NCBI GenBank assembly: GCA_964057225.1
Contig: OZ059895.1
Location: forward strand, 3,534,001 to 3,598,000
From: Auanema rhodensis
Lineage: Eukaryota > Animalia > Nematoda
Direction of reading: 5' to 3'
Length of the DNA stretch: 64,000 nt
Below, piece after piece: positions 1 to 13,500 of this stretch; the stretch's first letter is position 1, and each line of letters begins with the position of its first letter. Under the pieces are notes generated by a model that was not told where the DNA came from, did no database searches, and saw nothing but the letters and a program-made list of their open reading frames with translations. The position numbers were made by a program, and so were the translations under genes.

Positions 1-3000
1 GGAAAACATCCGTTCAAGCAACAGAACTTGGAAAGATCCATGTCTGATTAGTCGGTCAGTTCATTATTTAAGGGTAACCTGTGCTGCGTATAATTTATGG
101 GTGTACAAAAATCAAAGTTCTTAATCAAAGTTTAAAAAACAAACTGAATAAAAATTAAAAAATCTGAATGAAAATCTTTCCAACATAGTGTTCAACATAT
201 GATATATTACTATCTTTACAAGATAGATACAAAAAAATCGGAATGTGATCACATGTTCTGATGCTTTGAAGGGCATGTTTTACTAGCCTACGTAGGAAAA
301 CATCCATTCAAGCAACAGAACTAGGAAAGATCCATGTCTGATTAGTCGGTCAGTTCATTATTTAAGGGTAACCTCTGCTGCGTATAATTTATGGGTGTAC
401 AAAAATCAAAGTTCTTAATCAAAGTTTAAAAAACAAACTGAATAAAAGTTAGAAAATCTGAATTAAAATCTTTCCAACATAGTGTTCAACATATGATATA
501 TTACTATTTTTACAAGATAGATACAAAAAAATTGGAATGTGATCACATGTTCTGATGCTTTGAAGGGCATGTTTTACTAGCCTTCGTAGGAAAACATCCG
601 TTCAAGCAACAGAACTTGGAAAGATCCATGTCTGATTAGTCGGTCAGTTCATTAATTAAGGGTAACCTGTGCTGCGTATAATTTATGGGTGTACAAAAAT
701 CAAAGTTCTTAATCAAAGTTTAAAAAACAAACTGAATAAAAGTTCGAGAATCTGAATTAAAATCTTTCCAACATAGTGTTCAACATATGATATATTACTA
801 TCTTTACAAGAAAGATACAAAAAAATTGGAATGTGATCACATGTTCTGATGCTTTGAAGGGCATGTTTTACTAGCCTACGTAGGAAAACATCCATTCAAG
901 CAACAGAACTAGGAAAGATCGATGTCTGATTAGTCGGTCAGTTCATTATTTAAGGGTAACCTGTGCTGCGTATAATTTATGGGTGTACAAAAATCAAAGT
1001 TCTTAATCAAAGTTTAAAAAACAAACTGAATAAAAGTTCGAGAATCTGAATTAAAATCTTTCCAACATAGTGTTCAACATATGATATATTACTATCTTTA
1101 CAAGAAAGATACAAAAAAATTGGAATGTGATCACATGTTCTGATGCTTTGAAGGGCATGTTTTACTAGCCTACGTAGGAAAACATCCATTCAAGCAACAG
1201 AACTAGGAAAGATCGATGTCTGATTAGTCGGTCAGTTCATTATTTAAGGGTAACCTGTGCTGCGTATAATTTATGGGTGTACAAAAATCAAAGTTTATTA
1301 CTATCTTTACAAGATAGATTTCAAAAAAATTGGAATGTGATCACATGTTCTGATGCTTTGAAGGGCATGTTTTACTAGCCTACGTAGGAAAACATCCATT
1401 CAAGCAACAGAACTAGGAAAGATCCATGTCTGATTAGTCGGTCAGTTCATTATTTAAGGGTAACCTGTGCTGCGTATAATTTATGGGTGTACAAAAATCA
1501 AAGTTCTTAATCAAAGTTTAAAAAACAAACTGAATAAAAGTTCGAAAATCTGAATTAAAATCTTTCCAACATAGTGTTCAACATATGATATATTACTATC
1601 TTTACAAGATAGATACAAAAATATTGGAATGTGATCACATGTTCTGATGCTTTGAAGGGCATGTTTTACTAGCCTTCGTAGGAAAACATCCGTCCAAGCA
1701 ACAGAACTTGGAAAGATCCATGTCTGATTAGTCGGTCAGTTCATTAATTAAGGGTAACCTGTGCTGCGTATAATTTATGGGTGTACAAAAATCAAAGTTC
1801 TTAATCAAAGTTTAAAAAACAAACTGAATAAAAGTTCGAAAATCTGAATTAAAATCTTTCCAACATAGTGTTCAACATATGATATATTACTATCTTTACA
1901 AGATAGATACAAAAATATTGGAATGTGATCACATGTTCTGATGCTTTGAAGGGCATGTTTTACTAGCCTACGTAGGAAAACATCCGTTCAAGCAACAGAA
2001 CTTGGAAAGATCCATGTCTGATTAGTCGGTCAGTTCATTATTTAAGGGTAACCTGTGCTGCGTATAATTTATGGGTGTACAAAAATCAAAGTTCTTAATC
2101 AAAGTTTAAAAAACAAACTGAATAAAAATTAAAAAATCTGAATGAAAATCTTTCCAACATAGTGTTCAACATATGATATATTACTATCTTTACAAGATAG
2201 ATACAAAAAAATTGGAATGTGATCACATGTTCTGATGCTTTGAAGGGCATGTTTTACTAGCCTACGTAGGAAAACATCCATTCAAGCAACAGAACTAGGA
2301 AAGATCCATGTCTGATTAGTCGGTCAGTTCATTATTTAAGGGTAACCTGTGCTGCGTATAATTTATGGGTGTACAAAAATCAAAGTTCTTAATCAAAGTT
2401 TAAAAAACAAACTGAATAAAAGTTAGAAAATCTGAATTAAAATCTTTCCAACATAGTGTTCAACATATGATATATTACTATTTTTACAAGATAGATACAA
2501 AAAAATTGGAATGTGATCACATGTTCTGATGCTTTGAAGGGCATGTTTTACTAGCCTTCGTAGGAAAACATCCGTTCAAGCAACAGAACTTGGAAAGATC
2601 CATGTCTGATTAGTCGGTCAGTTCATTATTTAAGGGTAACCTGTGCTGCGTATAATTTATGGGTGTACAAAAATCAAAGTTCTTAATCAAAGTTTAAAAA
2701 ACAAACTGAATAAAAATTAAAAAATCTGAATGAAAATCTTTCCAACATAGTGTTCAACATATGATATATTACTATCTTTACAAGATAGATACAAAAAAAT
2801 TGGAATTTGATCACATGTTCTGATGCTTTGAAGGGCATGTTTTACTAGCCTACGTAGGAAAACATCCATTCAAGCAACAGAACTAGGAAAGATCGATGTC
2901 TGATTAGTCGGTCAGTTCATTATTTAAGGGTAACCTGTGCTGCGTATAATTTATGGGTGTACAAAAATCAAAGTTTATTACTATCTTTACAAGATAGATT

Positions 3001-6000
3001 TCAAAAAAATTGGAATGTGATCACATGTTCTGATGCTTTGAAGGGCATGTTTTACTAGCCTACGTAGGAAAACATCCGTTCAAGCAACAGAACTTGGGAA
3101 GATCCATGTCTGATTAGACGGTCAGTTCATTATTTAAGGGTAACCTGTGCTGCGTATATTTTATGGGTGTACAAACAACAAGGTTCTTAATCAAAGTTTA
3201 GAAAACAAACTGAGTGAAAGTTGAAAAAATCTGAATTAAAATCTTTCCAACATAGTGTTCAACATATGATATATTACTATCTTTACAAGATAGATACAAA
3301 AAAATTGGAATGTGATCACATGTTCTGATGCTTTGAAGGGCATGTTTTACTAGCCTACGTAGGAAAACATCCGTTCAAGCAACAGAACTTGGAAAGATCC
3401 ATGTCTGATTAGTCGGTCAGTTCATTATTTAAGGGTAACCTGTGCTGCGTATAATTTATGGGTGTACAAAAATCAAAGTTCTTAATCAAAGTTTAAAAAA
3501 CAAACTGAATAAAAATTAAAAAATCTGAATGAAAATCTTTCCAACATAGTGTTCAACATATGATATATTACTATCTTTACAAGATAGATACAAAAAAATT
3601 GGAATGTGATCACATGTTCTGATGCTTTGAAGGGCATGTTTTACTAGCCTACGTAGGAAAACATCCATTCAAGCAACAGAACTAGGAAAGATCCATGTCT
3701 GATTAGTCGGTCAGTTCATTATTTAAGGGTAACCTGTGCTGCGTATAATTTATGGGTGTACAAAAATCAAAGTTCTTAATCAAAGTTTAAAAAACAAACT
3801 GAATAAAAGTTAGAAAATCTGAATTAAAATCTTTCCAACATAGTGTTCAACATATGATATATTACTATTTTTACAAGATAGATACAAAAAAATTGGAATG
3901 TGATCACATGTTCTGATGCTTTGAAGGGCATGTTTTACTAGCCTTCGTAGGAAAACATCCGTTCAAGCAACAGAACTTGGAAAGATCCATGTCTGATTAG
4001 TCGGTCAGTTCATTAATTAAGGGTAACCTGTGCTGCGTATAATTTATGGGTGTACAAAAATCAAAGTTCTTAATCAAAGTTTAAAAAACAAACTGAATAA
4101 AAGTTCGAGAATCTGAATTAAAATCTTTCCAACATAGTGTTCAACATATGATATATTACTATCTTTACAAGAAAGATACAAAAAAATTGGAATGTGATCA
4201 CATGTTCTGATGCTTTGAAGGGCATGTTTTACTAGCCTACGTAGGAAAACATCCATTCAAGCAACAGAACTAGGAAAGATCGATGTCTGATTAGTCGGTC
4301 AGTTCATTATTTAAGGGTAACCTGTGCTGCGTATAATTTATGGGTGTACAAAAATCAAAGTTTATTACTATCTTTACAAGATAGATTTCAAAAAAATTGG
4401 AATGTGATCACATGTTCTGATGCTTTGAAGGGCATGTTTTACTAGCCTACGTAGGAAAACATCCATTCAAGCAACAGAACTAGGAAAGATCCATGTCTGA
4501 TTAGTCGGTCAGTTCATTATTTAAGGGTAACCTGTGCTGCGTATAATTTATGGGTGTACAAAAATCAAAGTTCTTAATCAAAGTTTAAAAAACAAACTGA
4601 ATAAAAGTTCGAAAATCTGAATTAAAATCTTTCCAACATAGTGTTCAACATATGATATATTACTATCTTTACAATATAGATACAAAAAAATTGGAATTTG
4701 ATCACATGTTCTGATGCTTTGAAGGGCATGTTTTACTAGCCTACGTAGGAAAACATCCATTCAAGCAACAGAACTAGGAAAGATCCATGTCTGATTAGTC
4801 GGTCAGTTCATTATTTAAGGGTAACCTGTGCTGCGTATAATTTATGGGTGTACAAAAATCAAAGTTCTTAATCAAAGTTTAAAAAACAAACTGAATAAAA
4901 GTTAGAAAATCTGAATTAAAATCTTTCCAACATAGTGTTCAACATATGATATATTACTATCTTTACAAGATAGATACAAAAATATTGGAATGTGATCACA
5001 TGTTCTGATGCTTTGAAGGGCATGTTTTACTAGCCTACGTAGGAAAACATCCGTTCAAGCAACAGAACTTGGAAAGATCCATGTCTGATTAGTCGGTCAG
5101 TTCATTATTTAAGGGTAACCTGTGCTGCGTATAATTTATGGGTGTACAAAAATCAAAGTTCTTAATCAAAGTTTAAAAAACAAACTGAATAAAAATTAAA
5201 AAATCTGAATGAAAATCTTTCCAACATAGTGTTCAACATATGATATATTACTATCTTTACAAGATAGATACAAAAAAATTGGAATTTGATCACATGTTCT
5301 GATGCTTTGAAGGGCATGTTTTACTAGCCTACGTAGGAAAACATCCATTCAAGCAACAGAACTAGGAAAGATCCATGTCTGATTAGTCGGTCAGTTCATT
5401 ATTTAAGGGTAACCTGTGCTGCGTATAATTTATGGGTGTACAAAAATCAAAGTTCTTAATCAAAGTTTAAAAAACAAACTGAATAAAAATTAAAAAATCT
5501 GAATGAAAATCTTTCCAACATAGTGTTCAACATATGATATATTACTATCTTTACAAGATAGATACAAAAAAATTGGAATTTGATCACATGTTCTGATGCT
5601 TTGAAGGGCATGTTTTACTAGCCTACGTAGGAAAACATCCGTTCAAGCAACAGAACTTGGGAAGATCCATGTCTGATTAGACGGTCAGTTCATTATTTAA
5701 GGGTAACCTGTGCTGCGTATATTTTATGGGTGTACAAACAACAAGGTTCTTAATCAAAGTTTAGAAAACAAACTGAGTGAAAGTTGAAAAAATCTGAATT
5801 AAAATCTTTCCAACATAGTGTTCAACATATGATATATTACTATCTTTACAAGATAGATACAAAAAAATTGGAATGTGATCACATGTTCTGATGCTTTGAA
5901 GGGCATGTTTTACTAGCCTACGTAGGAAAACATCCGTTCAAGCAACAGAACTTGGAAAGATCCATGTCTGATTAGTCGGTCAGTTCATTATTTAAGGGTA

Positions 6001-7506
6001 ACCTGTGCTGCGTATAATTTATGGGTGTACAAAAATCAAAGTTCTTAATCAAAGTTTAAAAAACAAACTGAATAAAAATTAAAAAATCTGAATGAAAATC
6101 TTTCCAACATAGTGTTCAACATATGATATATTACTATCTTTACAAGATAGATACAAAAAAATTGGAATTTGATCACATGTTCTGATGCTTTGAAGGGCAT
6201 GTTTTACTAGCCTACGTAGGAAAACATCCATTCAAGCAACAGAACTAGGAAAGATCCATGTCTGATTAGTCGGTCAGTTCATTATTTAAGGGTAACCTGT
6301 GCTGCGTATAATTTATGGGTGTACAAAAATCAAAGTTTATTACTATCTTTACAAGATAGATACAAAAAAATTGGAATGTGATCACATGTTCTGATGCTTT
6401 GAAGGGCATGTTTTACTAGCCTACGTAGGAAAACATCCATTCAAGCAACAGAACTAGGAAAGATCCATGTCTGATTAGTCGGTCAGTTCATTATTCAAGG
6501 GTAACCTGTGCTGCGTATAATTTATGGGTGTACAAAAATCAAAGTTCTTAATCAAAGTTTAAAAAATAAACTGAATAAAAGTTAGAAAATCTGAATTAAA
6601 ATCTTTCCAACATAGTGTTCAACATATGATATATTACTATCTTTACAAGATAGATACAAAAAAATTGGAATGTGATCACATGTTCTGATGCTTTGAAGGG
6701 CATGTTTTACTAGCCTTCGTAGGAAAACATCCGTTCAAGCAACAGAACTTGGAAAGATCCATGTCTGATTAGTCGGTCAGTTCATTAATTAAGGGTAACC
6801 TGTGCTGCGTATAATTTATGGGTGTACAAAAATCAAAGTTCTTAATCAAAGTTTAAAAAACAAACTGAATAAAAGTTCGAAAATCTGAATTAAAATCTTT
6901 CCAACATAGTGTTCAACATATGATATATTACTATCTTTACAATATAGATACAAAAAAATTGGAATTTGATCACATGTTCTGATGCTTTGAAGGGCATGTT
7001 TTACTAGCCTACGTAGGAAAACATCCATTCAAGCAACAGAACTAGGAAAGATCCATGTCTGATTAGTCGGTCAGTTCATTATTTAAGGGTAACCTGTGCT
7101 GCGTATAATTTATGGGTGTACAAAAATCAAAGTTTATTACTATCTTTACAAGATAGATACAAAAAAATTGGAATGTGATCACATGTTCTGATGCTTTGAA
7201 GGGCATGTTTTACTAGCCTACGTAGGAAAACATCCGTTCAAGCAACAGAACTAGGAAAGATCCATGTCTGATTAGTCGGTCAGTTCATTATTTAAGGGTA
7301 ACCTGTGCTGCGTATAATTTATGGGTGTACAAAAATCAAAGTTCTTAATCAAAGTTTAAAAAACAAACTGAATAAAAGTTCGAAAATCTGAATTAAAATC
7401 TTTCCAACATAGTGTTCAACATATGATATATTACTATCTTTACAATATAGATACAAAAAAATTGGAATTTGATCACATGTTCTGATGCTTTGAAGGGCAT
7501 GTTTTA
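1..7506 (+). repeat. Satellite DNA array, left arm (294/295-bp monomers plus 209/210-bp deletion monomers); opposite orientation to the rest of the window
   Basis: Head-to-tail repeats of GGAAAACATCC...GCCTACGTA; ORF-track spacing 713->1007 = 294. Strand label is arbitrary. Confidence 0.99.
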
Positions 7507-7538
7507 AATGAATTGAAGGGCATGTTTTAAATGTTTAA
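7507..7538. other. Inversion junction of the satellite with a 32-nt templated insertion
   Basis: The forward monomer stops at ...GGGCATGTTTTA (7506) and the reverse-complement monomer starts at AATGAACTGACC (7539). Between them: AATGAA TTGAAGGGCATGTTTTA AATG TTTAA. Confidence 0.93.
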
Positions 7539-10500
7539 AATGAACTGACCGTCTAATCAGACATGGATCTTCCCAAGTTCTGTTGCTTGAATGGATGTTT
7601 TCCTACGTAGGCTAGTAAAACATGCCCTTCAAAGCATCAGAACATGTGATCACATTCCAATTTTTTTGTATCTATCTTGTAAAGATAGTGATAAACTTTG
7701 ATTTTTGTACACCCATAAATTATACGCAGCACAGGTTACCCTTAAATAATGAACTGACCGACTAATCAGACATGGATCTTTCCAAGTTCTGTTGCTTGAA
7801 CGGATGTTTTCCTACGTAGGCTAGTAAAACATGCCCTTCAAAGCATCAGAACATGTGATCAGATTCCAATTTTTTTGTATCTATCTTGTAAAGATAGTAA
7901 TATATCATATGTTGAACACTATGTTGGAAAGATTTTAATTCAGATTTTTTCAACTTTCACTCAGTTTGTTTTCTAAACTTTGATTAAGAACCTTGTTGTT
8001 TGTACACCCATAAAATATACGCAGCACAGGTTACCCTTAAATAATGAACTGACCGTCTAATCAGACATGGATCTTACCAAGTTCTGTTGCTTGAATGGAT
8101 GTTTTCCTACGTAGGCTAGTAAAACATGCCCTTCAAAGCATCAGAACATGTGATCACATTCCAATTTTTTTGTATCTATCTTGTAAAGATAGTAATATAT
8201 CATATGTTGAACACTATGTTGGAAAGATTTTAATTCAGATTTTCTAACTTTTATTCAGTTTGTTTTTTAAACTTTGATTAAGAACTTTGATTTTTGTACA
8301 CCCATAAATTATACGCAGCACAGGTTACCCTTAAATAATGAACTGACCGTCTAATCAGACATGGATCTTCCCAAGTTCTGTTGCTTGAACGGATGTTTTC
8401 CTACGTAGGCTAGTAAAACATGCCCTTCAAAGCATCAGAACATGTGATCACATTCCAATTTTTTTGTATCTATCTTGTAAAGATAGTAATATATCATATG
8501 TTGAACACTATGTTGGAAAGATTTTAATTCAGATTGTTTCAACTTTCACTCAGTTTGTTTTCTAAACTTTGATTAAGAACCTTGTTGTTTGTACACCCAT
8601 AAAATATACGCAGCACAGGTTACCCTTAAATAATGAACTGACCGTCTAATCAGACATGGATCTTCCCAAGTTCTGTTGCTTGAATGGATGTTTTCCTACG
8701 TAGGCTAGTAAAACATGCCCTTCAAAGCATCAGAACATGTGATCACATTCCAATTTTTTTGTATCTATCTTGTAAAGATAGTAATAAACTTTGATTTTTG
8801 TACACTTATAAATTATACGCAGCACAGGTTACCCTTAAATAATGAACTGACCGACTAATCAGACATGGATCTTTCCAAGTTCTGTTGCTTGAACGGATGT
8901 TTTCCTACGTAGGCTAGTAAAACATGCCCTTCAAAGCATCAGAACATGTGATCACATTCCAATTTTTTTGTATCTATCTTGTAAAGATAGTAATATATCA
9001 TATGTTGAACACTATGTTGGAAAGATTTTAATTCAGATTTTTTCAACTTTCACTCAGTTTGTTTTCTAAACTTTGATTAAGAACCTTGTTGTTTGTACAC
9101 CCATAAAATATACGCAGCACAGGTTACCCTTAAATAATGAACTGACCGTCTAATCAGACATGGATCTTCCCAAGTTCTGTTGCTTGAATGGATGTTTTCC
9201 TACGTAGGCTAGTAAAACATGCCCTTCAAAGCATCAGAACATGTGATCACATTCCAATTTTTTTGTATCTATCTTGTAAAGATAGTAATAAACTTTGATT
9301 TTTGTACACCCATAAATTATACGCAGCACAGGTTACCCTTAAATAATGAACTGACCGACTAATCAGACATGGATCTTTCCAAGTTCTGTTGCTTGAACGG
9401 ATGTTTTCCTACGTAGGCTAGTAAAACATGCCCTTCAAAGCATCAGAACATGTGATCAGATTCCAATTTTTTTGTATCTATCTTGTAAAGATAGTAATAT
9501 ATCATATGTTGAACACTATGTTGGAAAGATTTTAATTCAGATTTTTTCAACTTTCACTCAGTTTGTTTTCTAAACTTTGATTAAGAACCTTGTTGTTTGT
9601 ACACCCATAAAATATACGCAGCACAGGTTACCCTTAAATAATGAACTGACCGTCTAATCAGACATGGATCTTACCAAGTTCTGTTGCTTGAATGGATGTT
9701 TTCCTACGTAGGCTAGTAAAACATGCCCTTCAAAGCATCAGAACATGTGATCACATTCCAATTTTTTTGTATCTATCTTGTAAAGATAGTAATATATCAT
9801 ATGTTGAACACTATGTTGGAAAGATTTTAATTCAGATTTTCTAACTTTTATTCAGTTTGTTTTTTAAACTTTGATTAAGAACTTTGATTTTTGTACACCC
9901 ATAAATTATACGCAGCACAGGTTACCCTTAAATAATGAACTGACCGACTAATCAGACATGGATCTTTCCTAGTTCTGTTGCTTGAATGGATGTTTTCCTA
10001 CGTAAGCTAGTAAAACATGCCCTTCAAAGCATCAGAACATGTGATCACATTCCAATTTTTTTGTATCTATCTTGTAAAGATAGTAATATATCATATGTTG
10101 AACACTATGTTGGAAAGATTTTAATTCAGATTTTTTCAACTTTCACTCAGTTTGTTTTCTAAACTTTGATTAAGAACCTTGTTGTTTGTACACCCATAAA
10201 ATATACGCAGCACAGGTTACCCTTAAATAATGAACTGACCGTCTAATCAGACATGGATCTTCCCAAGTTCTGTTGCTTGAATGGATGTTTTCCTACGTAG
10301 GCTAGTAAAACATGCCCTTCAAAGCATCAGAACATGTGATCACATTCCAATTTTTTTGTATCTATCTTGTAAAGATAGTAATAAACTTTGATTTTTGTAC
10401 ACTTATAAATTATACGCAGCACAGGTTACCCTTAAATAATGAACTGACCGACTAATCAGACATGGATCTTTCCAAGTTCTGTTGCTTGAACGGATGTTTT

Positions 10501-13500
10501 CCTACGTAGGCTAGTAAAACATGCCCTTCAAAGCATCAGAACATGTGATCACATTCCAATTTTTTTGTATCTATCTTGTAAAGATAGTAATATATCATAT
10601 GTTGAACACTATGTTGGAAAGATTTTAATTCAGATTTTTTCAACTTTCACTCAGTTTGTTTTCTAAACTTTGATTAAGAACCTTGTTGTTTGTACACCCA
10701 TAAAATATACGCAGCACAGGTTACCCTTAAATAATGAACTGACCGTCTAATCAGACATGGATCTTCCCAAGTTCTGTTGCTTGAATGGATGTTTTCCTAC
10801 GTAGGCTAGTAAAACATGCCCTTCAAAGCATCAGAACATGTGATCACATTCCAATTTTTTTGTATCTATCTTGTAAAGATAGTAATAAACTTTGATTTTT
10901 GTACACCCATAAATTATACGCAGCACAGGTTACCCTTAAATAATGAACTGACCGACTAATCAGACATGGATCTTTCCAAGTTCTGTTGCTTGAACGGATG
11001 TTTTCCTACGTAGGCTAGTAAAACATGCCCTTCAAAGCATCAGAACATGTGACCACATTCCAATTTTTTTGTATCTATCTTGTAAAGATAGTAATATATC
11101 ATATGTTGAACACTATGTTGGAAAGATTTTAATTCAGATTTTTTCAACTTTCACTCAGTTTGTTTTCTAAACTTTGATTAAGAACCTTGTTGTTTGTACA
11201 CCCATAAAATATACGCAGCACAGGTTACCCTTAAATAATGAACTGACCGACTAATCAGACATGGATCTTTCCTAGTTCTGTTGCTTGAATGGATGTTTTC
11301 CTACGTAGGCTAGTAAAACATGCCCTTCAAAGCATCAGAACATGTGATCACATTCCAATTTTTTTGTATCTATCTTGTAAAGATAGTAATATATCATATG
11401 TTGAACACTATGTTGGAAAGATTTTAATTCAGATTTTTTCAACTTTCACTCAGTTTGTTTTCTAAACTTTGATTAAGAACCTTGAGTTTTGTACACCCAT
11501 AAATTATACGCAGCACAGGTTACCCTTAAATAATGAACTGACCGTCTAATCAGACATGGATCTTACCAAGTTCTGTTGCTTGAATGGATGTTTTCCTACG
11601 TAGGCTAGTAAAACATGCCCTTCAAAGCATCAGAACATGTGATCACATTCCAATTTTTTTGTATCTATCTTGTAAAGATAGTAATATATCATATGTTGAA
11701 CACTATGTTGGAAAGATTTTAATTCAGATTTTTTCAACTTTCACTCAGTTTGTTTTCTAAACTTTGATTAAGAACCTTGTTGTTTGTACACCCATAAAAT
11801 ATACGCAGCACAGGTTACCCTTAAATAATGAACTGACCGTCTAATCAGACATGGATCTTCCCAAGTTCTGTTGCTTGAATGGATGTTTTCCTACGTAGGC
11901 TAGTAAAACATGCCCTTCAAAGCATCAGAACATGTGATCACATTCCAATTTTTTTGTATCTATCTTGTAAAGATAGTAATAAACTTTGATTTTTGTACAC
12001 TTATAAATTATACGCAGCACAGGTTACCCTTAAATAATGAACTGACCGACTAATCAGACATGGATCTTTCCAAGTTCTGTTGCTTGAACGGATGTTTTCC
12101 TACGTAGGCTAGTAAAACATGCCCTTCAAAGCATCAGAACATGTGATCAGATTCCAATTTTTTTGTATCTATCTTGTAAAGATAGTAATATATCATATGT
12201 TGAACACTATGTTGGAAAGATTTTAATTCAGATTTTTTCAACTTTCACTCAGTTTGTTTTCTAAACTTTGATTAAGAACCTTGTTGTTTGTACACCCATA
12301 AAATATACGCAGCACAGGTTACCCTTAAATAATGAACTGACCGTCTAATCAGACATGGATCTTACCAAGTTCTGTTGCTTGAATGGATGTTTTCCTACGT
12401 AGGCTAGTAAAACATGCCCTTCAAAGCATCAGAACATGTGATCACATTCCAATTTTTTTGTATCTATCTTGTAAAGATAGTAATATATCATATGTTGAAC
12501 ACTATGTTGGAAAGATTTTAATTCAGATTTTCTAACTTTTATTCAGTTTGTTTTTTAAACTTTGATTAAGAACTTTGATTTTTGTACACCCATAAATTAT
12601 ACGCAGCACAGGTTACCCTTAAATAATGAACTGACCGTCTAATCAGACATGGATCTTCCCAAGTTCTGTTGCTTGAACGGATGTTTTCCTACGTAGGCTA
12701 GTAAAACATGCCCTTCAAAGCATCAGAACATGTGATCACATTCCAATTTTTTTGTATCTATCTTGTAAAGATAGTAATATATCATATGTTGAACACTATG
12801 TTGGAAAGATTTTAATTCAGATTGTTTCAACTTTCACTCAGTTTGTTTTCTAAACTTTGATTAAGAACCTTGTTGTTTGTACACCCATAAAATATACGCA
12901 GCACAGGTTACCCTTAAATAATGAACTGACCGTCTAATCAGACATGGATCTTCCCAAGTTCTGTTGCTTGAATGGATGTTTTCCTACGTAGGCTAGTAAA
13001 ACATGCCCTTCAAAGCATCAGAACATGTGATCACATTCCAATTTTTTTGTATCTATCTTGTAAAGATAGTAATAAACTTTGATTTTTGTACACTTATAAA
13101 TTATACGCAGCACAGGTTACCCTTAAATAATGAACTGACCGACTAATCAGACATGGATCTTTCCAAGTTCTGTTGCTTGAACGGATGTTTTCCTACGTAG
13201 GCTAGTAAAACATGCCCTTCAAAGCATCAGAACATGTGATCACATTCCAATTTTTTTGTATCTATCTTGTAAAGATAGTAATATATCATATGTTGAACAC
13301 TATGTTGGAAAGATTTTAATTCAGATTTTTTCAACTTTCACTCAGTTTGTTTTCTAAACTTTGATTAAGAACCTTGTTGTTTGTACACCCATAAAATATA
13401 CGCAGCACAGGTTACCCTTAAATAATGAACTGACCGTCTAATCAGACATGGATCTTCCCAAGTTCTGTTGCTTGAATGGATGTTTTCCTACGTAGGCTAG

